A stretch of DNA of 64,000 bases, from the NCBI GenBank assembly GCA_040081715.1, contig JBEBFY010000005.1, forward strand, positions 48,699 to 112,698, given 5' to 3'. Under the pieces are notes generated by a model, which saw only the letters and a program-made list of their open reading frames with translations, searched no databases and was not told where the DNA came from. The DNA comes from Vicinamibacterales bacterium (GTDB lineage: Bacteria > Acidobacteriota > Vicinamibacteria > Vicinamibacterales > UBA2999). Each line of letters begins with the position of its first letter. Position 1 is the first letter of the stretch. Of this stretch, positions 28,416-35,460 are shown piece by piece. Made by a program: the position numbers and the translations under genes.

Positions 28416-30104
28416 ATGAGACACCTTGCTGCGCTTGCCCTCCCGGTTCTTGTCGCGGCCAGCCTCGGCGCCGGTCGCGGGCTGCCGCTGGTAGACGCCA
28501 TCAAGGCCGGCGATGCATCCGCCGCCCGTGCGCTCATCGCCCGTGGGCAGGCGAAGGTGGCCGAGCCGGATGGCACGACCGCGCTGCATCATGCGGCGCA
28601 TCACGACAACCTCGCGCTGGTGAACGCGCTGCTCTCGGCGGGAGCGGATGTGAAGGCCCTCAACCGGTACGGCGTGATGCCGCTGTCGCTCGCGGCCGAA
28701 AGCGGCAGCGCGGCCGTGGTGGAACGGCTCCTGAAGGCCGGCGCGGATGCCAACGCGACGATCCCCGGTGGCGAGACAGTGCTGATGACCGCGTCGAGGT
28801 CCGGCAAGGCCGACGTGATTCGGGTGTTGCTGGCGCATGGTGCGCATGTGAACGCGACCGAGAGCCTGCGTGGCCAGACGGCGCTGATGTGGGCCGCGAT
28901 TCACGGAAACGGGGAGGCCATCACCGTGCTCGCCAAGGCCGGAGCCGACCTGACGGCACGGTCGTTCACGCCCGTGAAGCCAAAGGGGAGCGCGATGCCG
29001 GCACCACCGCCGGCACCGGGCCGTAATGGCGCGCAGGCGGCGGTCAAGCGGTCGAACGCCCGCGACGAGCGCTACGGCGCATTTACAGCGATCGCACTGG
29101 CGGCACGACGCGGCCAGCTCGACGCCGTGCGCGCCCTGCTTGATGCGGGCGGGAATGTGAACGACACGTCGGTGGTGCACCCGAACGAGCCGCCGACGCC
29201 CGTGATGACGATCGCGATCGCCAACGGCCACTACGAGGTGGCGGCGTTCCTGCTGGAACGCGGCGCCAACCCGAACCTGGCCGAGAACGGCTGGACGGCA
29301 CTGCACCAGCTGGCGCGCGCGCGCTCGGAGGCAGGGAAGACGCGGACCAACCTCGGGTGGACCACCGGCCCGCGCATGACCGGGAGCCTCTCGGGTCTCG
29401 AACTCGCGACGCGGCTGCTGGACAAGGGGGCGGACGTGAATGCCAGGGCCACCCGCGAGTTCAACGACGGGTACCGGTACGCGTCCTATGTGAGCCGCAT
29501 CGGGGCGACGCCGCTGCTGATGGCGGCACGCGTGAGCGACGCCGAGCTGATGCGGCTGCTGATGGCGCGGGGTGCCGACGTCAACGCCGCGAGCGCCGAC
29601 GGCATGACGCCGTTCATGGCGGCCGCCGGCAATGGCATCCGCTCACCGAACGAAGACGGGATGGACGACGACGCCCCGGCCGCCGTGCGACTGCTGCTCG
29701 ACACCGGGAAAGTGGACGTGAACCAGGGTGACAAGCGCGGGTGGGCGCCGCTGCACGGGGCCGCGTATCGCGGCAACCTCGCCGTGATTCAGATGCTGGT
29801 GGATGCCGGCGCGACGCTGGACGTCAAAACATACGACGCCAGCCGCGACCGTACCGACCTCGGGCTGAACAAGGAAGGCTGGATGCCGGTGCACATTGCC
29901 GACGGCATTGTGAACGGCGGCATCTTCTTCCGGCAGGTGGGCGCGGCGGCCCTCCTGAGGAAGCTCATGGCCGCGAAGGGACTGCCCGTGCCCGAGGACA
30001 CCGGGCTCATTCGCGGCACCTACGGCGATGAAGCGTCCAATGCGTTGCGCGTGCTCAAGGAAGAAGCCGAGAGCAAGGCGCGCGAACTGCAAGGCACCAA
30101 CTAG
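28416..30104 (+). CDS. Secreted ankyrin-repeat protein (copy a)
   Basis: 562 aa. It has a signal-like N-terminus and many ankyrin units (DGTTALHHAAHHDNLALVNALLSAGADVKA, GETVLMTASRSGKADVIRVLLAHGAHVNA, GWAPLHGAAYRGNLAVIQMLVDAGATLDV). It starts 2 nt after the DUF1552 stop. Confidence 0.85.
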   Translation: MRHLAALALPVLVAASLGAGRGLPLVDAIKAGDASAARALIARGQAKVAEPDGTTALHHAAHHDNLALVNALLSAGADVKALNRYGVMPLSLAAESGSAAVVERLLKAGADANATIPGGETVLMTASRSGKADVIRVLLAHGAHVNATESLRGQTALMWAAIHGNGEAITVLAKAGADLTARSFTPVKPKGSAMPAPPPAPGRNGAQAAVKRSNARDERYGAFTAIALAARRGQLDAVRALLDAGGNVNDTSVVHPNEPPTPVMTIAIANGHYEVAAFLLERGANPNLAENGWTALHQLARARSEAGKTRTNLGWTTGPRMTGSLSGLELATRLLDKGADVNARATREFNDGYRYASYVSRIGATPLLMAARVSDAELMRLLMARGADVNAASADGMTPFMAAAGNGIRSPNEDGMDDDAPAAVRLLLDTGKVDVNQGDKRGWAPLHGAAYRGNLAVIQMLVDAGATLDVKTYDASRDRTDLGLNKEGWMPVHIADGIVNGGIFFRQVGAAALLRKLMAAKGLPVPEDTGLIRGTYGDEASNALRVLKEEAESKARELQGTN

Positions 30105-31134
30105 GCGCCAGCGGGGTCCCTCGCTGCGCGCCATCGAAATCAGCCAGCCCGGCGGGCCGGACGTGCTCCGGATCACCGAGCGTCCCATCCCCAGACCCGA
30201 ACCAGACGACGTCCTGATCCGCGTGCATGCGGCCGGCCTCAACCGGCCGGATCTCATGCAGCGCGAAGGGCGCTATCCGCCCCCACCCGGGGCGTCAGAC
30301 ATTCCCGGGCTCGAGGTCGCGGGCACGGTCGAGGCGATGGGGCCAGCGGTGACGGGGTGGTCCGCAGGCGATGCGGTGTGCGCGCTCGTCTCCGGCGGTG
30401 GCTACGCGGAGTTCGTGGCGGCCCCGGCGCGGCAGTGTCTCCCGATTCCCTTCGTGACGACTGGCACCATCGATCGAGGTACTCCAGGTGATCCGTTTGT
30501 CCAGGCGGCGGCGTTGCCGGAAACCTGCTTCACCGTCTGGACCAATGTGTTCGAGCGCGGAAGTCTCGGGGCAGGCGAGACGCTGCTCGTCCACGGTGGC
30601 GCGAGCGGGATCGGGACCACGGCGATTCAGCTCGCGGTCGCGCACGGCGCGGTCGTCTTTGCCACGGCCGGGACAGACGGGAAGTGCCGTACGTGCGAAC
30701 GGCTCGGCGCCAGGCGGGGGATCAACTACCGGACCGGTGACTTCGTCGAGGCGGTGAAGGCGGAGACGGGCGGGCGAGGCGTCGACATGGTCCTCGACAT
30801 GATCGGCGGCGACTACCTCGACCGAAATCTGCGCGCGCTGGCCATGGGCGGGCGCCTCGTGCAGATCTCGGTGCAGGCGGGTCCCACAGCGACGATCGAC
30901 CTCTCCCGCGTGATGACGCGCCGCCTGACGATTACCGGATCAACGCTGCGGCCACGCACCGTCGAGGAGAAGGGGGCGATCGCCGACGCCGTGCGCCAGC
31001 ACGTATGGCCGCTCATCGCCTCGGGCCGAATGGCTCCCGTCATCGACAGCGTGTTCCCGCTGGCGCAAGTGGCCAACGCGCATCGGCGCCTCGAGTCCTG
31101 CGCGCACGTCGGGAAGGTCGTGCTGGTCGTCTGA
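30028..31134 (+). CDS. NAD(P)H:quinone oxidoreductase (zeta-crystallin / MDR family)
   Basis: The LRAIEISQPGGPDVLRITERPIPRPEPDDVLIRVHAAGLNRPD run and the GASGIGTTAIQLA nucleotide-binding motif are present. The true start is unclear. ATG 30028/30040 overlaps the ankyrin gene, and the family N-terminus aligns with CTG 30124. Confidence 0.8.
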   Translation: MKRPMRCACSRKKPRARRANCKAPTRRQRGPSLRAIEISQPGGPDVLRITERPIPRPEPDDVLIRVHAAGLNRPDLMQREGRYPPPPGASDIPGLEVAGTVEAMGPAVTGWSAGDAVCALVSGGGYAEFVAAPARQCLPIPFVTTGTIDRGTPGDPFVQAAALPETCFTVWTNVFERGSLGAGETLLVHGGASGIGTTAIQLAVAHGAVVFATAGTDGKCRTCERLGARRGINYRTGDFVEAVKAETGGRGVDMVLDMIGGDYLDRNLRALAMGGRLVQISVQAGPTATIDLSRVMTRRLTITGSTLRPRTVEEKGAIADAVRQHVWPLIASGRMAPVIDSVFPLAQVANAHRRLESCAHVGKVVLVV

Positions 31135-31230
31135 GTGCACCCGTGCCGCAAGTGATCATCCTCGTGCTGGAAGCCTCGTCAGTCTCACAGCGACGTCTCT
31201 TTCGATGCTGACGCGGACCGAGGCCTGCGA

Positions 31231-32814
31231 ATGCCTTCCGTCTACCTCGAGACCCGTCCAATAATGGTGGTGATGGTGTCAGCGTTGAGCCGATTCGCGT
31301 CCGCTCAGCGGACACAGGCCGCGGGTGTGTTCGCCGCCGCGTTCGCCCTGCGGTTCCTCGCACAGGGGGCCATTGAAAACGACCACTTTCTCCAGTTGGC
31401 CCGCGCCCACCAGATCCTGCACGGGGCATGGCCGATTCGGGACTTCGTCGATCTGGGTCAGATGCTGACCTACCTCCTCTCGGCGTCCGCGGCGGCGATC
31501 TTCGGTCCGTCTCTGCTCACCGAGGCCGTTCTGCTCATCCTGATCCTCGCGGGTGCAGCGGCACTCACCTTCGTTCTTGCGCGTCGTGCCTCCGGCAGCG
31601 CGGCGGTCGGCCTCGTAGCCGTTGCGGTGGAACTTGCCGCCTATCCTCGGCTGTACAACGCCGGCAAGCTCCTCTTCCCCGCAGTCGTGATCGCCCTGGG
31701 GTGGCGATACGCAGACCGGCCCACCGTGCGGCGGCTGGCAGCGCTCTCGGCCTGGACCGTGTGCGCATTTCTGTTGCGGCACGATTACGCTGCGTACACG
31801 CTGCTTGCGACCACCACGCTGCTCGTGGTCGCGCATCGCCTCGACCTCGCAGTCATGGCCCGCCGCTTCTCCGCCTACCTGGGGTTCGCGTTCGCGCTGA
31901 TCCTGCCGTGGCTCGGCTACGTGCATTGGGCACAGGGCATCGGCTCCTACTTCCGTGCGGCCGCCGGATTCGTGCAGGTCGAAGCTCAACGAACGGTGAG
32001 CGGGTGGCCCGGTGCCGGTGGTCCAGTCCCCCCAACATGGATGGAGGCGGGTGCGTTCTATGCGATCGTCGTCCTTCCGTTCGTGGCCGTCTGGCTGGTC
32101 CGGCGACCCGGTTCCCGGTTGTCGGCTGCCCATGTGGTGTTCGTGGCTGTTCTCTCCCTGGCCATCGACGCGGTGTTCCTCCGCGACTCCTTGGACACCC
32201 GGCTTCCGGACGTGGTCGTGGCGCCGCTCGTTCTGGCGGCCTTGGTGGCCGGCCACTGTCGTCTACTGGTGTCCCGACGTGCTGCCCGTCTGTGGCTGGC
32301 AGCTACCGCCATTGGGGGCATCGCCCTGATCGCGTCGCTGGGAGCTTCGCTGCCGACTCCCTGGGCGGTTGCCGGGCGCATCGCGCAGGTAGCGACCCGG
32401 CTGCGCCGGGCCGAGCCTCCGGTCGTGCCGAGGCTCCACCTGCAGCTCGTGCGGTATCTGTCGTCCTGCACCTCGGCAGACGAGCACGTGCTGGTGAGCG
32501 GATTCGCCCCAGAGATTCCCGTGCTGGCGGGACGACCGTTCGCGGCGGGACTCCCTGTCTGGCAACAGAACTACTTCACAGGAGAGGAGGAGGTTCAACG
32601 CGCCGTACACCAGCTGTCGCGGGAGCGGGTGTCGATGGCCGTTCTGATCGACGGTTCGGCGGCATTTGCCGGGGCATGGCCGGGCCTCGCGGAAAGCCTT
32701 CGCGCCCGCCGTTTCGTGGAGCGCACCTGGAGCGTGGACGGGCAGCAGCTGGTGGTCTGGCTTCCAGAGTCACGGGCGCACATGACCGCACCCACCTCTG
32801 ATGCGTGCGAGTGA
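31231..32814 (+). CDS. Polytopic integral membrane protein of unknown function (possibly a GT-C-like glycosyltransferase)
   Basis: 527 aa with about 10 or more hydrophobic segments followed by a soluble tail of about 130 aa. No diagnostic motif was recognised. Confidence 0.45.
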   Translation: MPSVYLETRPIMVVMVSALSRFASAQRTQAAGVFAAAFALRFLAQGAIENDHFLQLARAHQILHGAWPIRDFVDLGQMLTYLLSASAAAIFGPSLLTEAVLLILILAGAAALTFVLARRASGSAAVGLVAVAVELAAYPRLYNAGKLLFPAVVIALGWRYADRPTVRRLAALSAWTVCAFLLRHDYAAYTLLATTTLLVVAHRLDLAVMARRFSAYLGFAFALILPWLGYVHWAQGIGSYFRAAAGFVQVEAQRTVSGWPGAGGPVPPTWMEAGAFYAIVVLPFVAVWLVRRPGSRLSAAHVVFVAVLSLAIDAVFLRDSLDTRLPDVVVAPLVLAALVAGHCRLLVSRRAARLWLAATAIGGIALIASLGASLPTPWAVAGRIAQVATRLRRAEPPVVPRLHLQLVRYLSSCTSADEHVLVSGFAPEIPVLAGRPFAAGLPVWQQNYFTGEEEVQRAVHQLSRERVSMAVLIDGSAAFAGAWPGLAESLRARRFVERTWSVDGQQLVVWLPESRAHMTAPTSDACE

Positions 32815-32865
32815 CCCTTCCGTTTTCGTCCACGCGCGTCTGGCTGCGGTGGGTGACGCGCGAGT

Positions 32866-33588
32866 CTACTGGGCCAGGAAGCTGGTCAGGATGAATCGGG
32901 CTGTGCCGCCGCTGATATTCACGCCGTGCCCGGCGAAGCACCCCCCACCAAACGTCATGCCGACCGTCGCAAGGTCAGCCAGCGTCGCCTCGAATCCCGC
33001 CACAGCGGCGGGTGACGCGTTGCCCTTGGTGCCGAACACCGAGCCCCAGCGATCTGGCGTGACAGGCACCGTGAGGCTGCCACCTCCCGGGGTCAACGGG
33101 AGCGTTACGTCCGACCACCAGCGGTAGAAGTCGGCCGTGTTTGCCGTCGGCTCGTTCGCCCGTTCGAGGAACAGCCGCATGGTCGCCGGTCCCCCACAGA
33201 CGTTCTCTGGCTCCAGCGCGAACTGGAAGACAGGCGCGCCGGTGACTTCGATTTGCACCGAGGCACTGAGCGCTCGCCCTTGCAACGCGATTCGTGTGGC
33301 CGTGGTCAGGTAATTGACGGCAGGGCAGTTCACGGCCCTGCAACCAGTCGTGGGGCTTTCGGTATACGACGGAAAATCAAAATACCAGCCATTCGACTGA
33401 GCGGCTGGGTGCGCAGGCATTGTGCTGCTGAAGCGGAAATCCCATTGCCCGGCTGCCGTTGATATCGTCGTCGGGATGGGTGCCGTCGGTGCTGTCGGTG
33501 AGGTCGGGCTGCGGCTATTGCCGCACGCGGCCAGCCCAAGGATGGCAAGGGCAGAGAGCGCGTGGCGTGCGACGCGTGTGGGGCTCAT
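32866..33588 (-). CDS. Lipoprotein of unknown function (240 aa)
   Basis: ATG at 33588 gives MSPTRVARHALSALAILGLAAC with the lipobox LAAC, then a Pro/Thr linker and a beta-rich domain. The track ORF extension to 34236 overlaps the SLOG-TM gene and translates to junk. The gene is 56 nt downstream of the SLOG-TM gene on the same strand. Confidence 0.6.
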   Translation of the reverse strand: MSPTRVARHALSALAILGLAACGNSRSPTSPTAPTAPIPTTISTAAGQWDFRFSSTMPAHPAAQSNGWYFDFPSYTESPTTGCRAVNCPAVNYLTTATRIALQGRALSASVQIEVTGAPVFQFALEPENVCGGPATMRLFLERANEPTANTADFYRWWSDVTLPLTPGGGSLTVPVTPDRWGSVFGTKGNASPAAVAGFEATLADLATVGMTFGGGCFAGHGVNISGGTARFILTSFLAQ

Positions 33589-33644
33589 TTCGAAAACCTT
33601 GTCCAAGTATTGTCTACTCACGAGGTGCCCGTGCCGCGCCGGCC

Positions 33645-35453
33645 TTATCCGTGGGGCAGTTCGAGCGGTCGTTCGCGGTGCAGGATCAGCCAGTCGGCAC
33701 TGTCCTCGAGCGCCTCCATGCCGAGCTCGCGAATCAGCGCGGCGAGTGAGCCCTGACCCGCTCCCTCGGCCAGCTTCTGCATCTCCCGCTCGGCCGCATC
33801 GAACAGTTCGCTCATCCGCGTGAATTGCCGCACGTGTTCTGAGCGAGCCAGTTGATCGCCATACGCGCGAAGCAGGGCGGCGCTGACTCCGAACATCCCG
33901 ATGACAATCAGCAGCGAGTGGTGCACCCCTGGTGCCGCCAACGCATGCTGCACGACCGCTCCATACGGGATGACGGGCAGGGAGCTGGCGAGGAGCGCCA
34001 GCACGATCGCCGCTGATCCCCCGGCGCCGAGCTTGAGAAGCGTCGTTCCAATCACGTGCTCCCTGTCGAGCTTCGCCTGCTCTTTCCTGGCCTTGAACAC
34101 GAAATACGCGCGCTGGTCGCTGATCCAGTGCATCAGGAGGATAAAGCTGTCCCGGTGCGAGGTCGCGATCGATTGCTCGCCGCGGCGTTCCATCGTGGCC
34201 AATAGATGCCACGTACGCAGCGCGATTCGTATCCAATCGAGGTCACTCCGCTGCTTACGAAGAAAGCTATCGACGACCGAATCTGGCAGGCCGGCGATCC
34301 ACCAGAAGAACTGGATACGCAGCGCTTCGGCGAGTGCACGGTAGTCCTGGTGCTTGGACTGGTACTCAGCCTTCTCCGCACGTCCGTAGAGCCACACCGC
34401 CGTGACCGCCGAACACGCCAGAAATCCAATCAGGAGCCACGGCAGTCCGATGAACCATTCCATGATGGACGCGGGCGCATGCTCGGGTACGTGGAAGAAC
34501 GCGGCGTGCAGGTGAAAGAGCAGCGCCGTGATGCCCACGCCCACAAAGACCCGCCGAAGCGTCGCGAGCGTCTCTTTCGCGAAGTGGACGGCAAGCCCGT
34601 CGGCGACGGCGTATTGCTCCACGATCCGCTGGCAGGCTGCGGGTAGCTTCGAGAGTACCTCCGGCAGTGCCTCGAGCGGCGTGTCCACCAGTTGCGCCGT
34701 GCTTTGTCTGGCGGCCGCGTCGAGCTCCACCCGAAGGTGGCCTGCATCCTGGTTGAAGAGTTCGAGACGGTCCAGCAGGCGCGAGAAGGACTCCTCGGGC
34801 CTGTCCACTGGACGCAGCGTTCGTCGCGAGAATGGGAGGAAGTTGAGCAACAACCCACTTTGTCGCGGGGTCACGATGTGACGGACCGGGCCAGTTGGAA
34901 CGGGCAGCGTCAGGCTGCTTCGCGAATCGAACTCTGAGGGAATGCCTTCGAGCCTGAATCGGACCACCTGTCCTGTCCCGCCGAGTTTTTCACCCGGGCC
35001 TTCCACGCCGTCCCAGAGCGCGAGGACGATTTGACTGGCACTGGCGATGAAGGCCCCGAGCTTGGCGTACTCCCTGTCGCGAGGCAGGCCGGTCGCTCGA
35101 ATACTCTCTTCGGTGTTACCGGGGAGCAGCGGCAGGTGAATGGTGCCGCTGGCACGTTCCAAGAGGTCGGCGAACTCTTTACGCGAGGCGTCGGTCTGGA
35201 AGTCCTCTTCGTAGTGCGACAGTGGAAATGGAAACGGGACGACCAGCTGCATGCCGACCTGAAGGCCCACATGCGCGACCAGTCGGTCCGCGCCCTCCGC
35301 CAGGGGAGACAGCAGCACCAGCGACGAATGCGGATAGCGGCGCTGGATGTCCTGGAGTTCCAGCCGAATGATCTCGGCGAGTTCCGGGATGTCGGCTGGT
35401 CGCAGGTCGCGGTGACCGGTTACCCCGACGACGATGGGAAGAGGAGCCTCCAC
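33645..35453 (-). CDS. YpsA-like SLOG domain protein with a C-terminal 4-TM (two hairpin, SLATT-like) module; candidate signal-sensing membrane effector (ThsA-analogous)
   Basis: Numbering is from GTG 35453. Residues 7-170 follow the YpsA/DUF1273 SLOG pattern: IVVGVTGHRDL, LVLLSPLAEGADRLVAH, QLVVPFPFPLSHYEEDF, QIVLALWDGVEGPGEKLGGTGQVV. Hydrophobic helices lie at about 301-321, 333-356, 470-493 and 510-531. The ATG at 35600 would overlap the TIR gene by 140 nt and encodes an Arg/Pro/Trp-rich junk extension. Confidence 0.7.
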   Translation of the reverse strand: MEAPLPIVVGVTGHRDLRPADIPELAEIIRLELQDIQRRYPHSSLVLLSPLAEGADRLVAHVGLQVGMQLVVPFPFPLSHYEEDFQTDASRKEFADLLERASGTIHLPLLPGNTEESIRATGLPRDREYAKLGAFIASASQIVLALWDGVEGPGEKLGGTGQVVRFRLEGIPSEFDSRSSLTLPVPTGPVRHIVTPRQSGLLLNFLPFSRRTLRPVDRPEESFSRLLDRLELFNQDAGHLRVELDAAARQSTAQLVDTPLEALPEVLSKLPAACQRIVEQYAVADGLAVHFAKETLATLRRVFVGVGITALLFHLHAAFFHVPEHAPASIMEWFIGLPWLLIGFLACSAVTAVWLYGRAEKAEYQSKHQDYRALAEALRIQFFWWIAGLPDSVVDSFLRKQRSDLDWIRIALRTWHLLATMERRGEQSIATSHRDSFILLMHWISDQRAYFVFKARKEQAKLDREHVIGTTLLKLGAGGSAAIVLALLASSLPVIPYGAVVQHALAAPGVHHSLLIVIGMFGVSAALLRAYGDQLARSEHVRQFTRMSELFDAAEREMQKLAEGAGQGSLAALIRELGMEALEDSADWLILHRERPLELPHG

Positions 35454-35460
35454 CGCCCAA

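Noticed and set aside
33589-34236. An N-terminal extension of the lipoprotein ORF (the track gives 32866-34236, 456 aa).
   Set aside because: The extension overlaps the SLOG-TM gene on the same strand in another frame and is Arg/Ala/Gly junk. A clean lipoprotein signal begins at ATG 33588.
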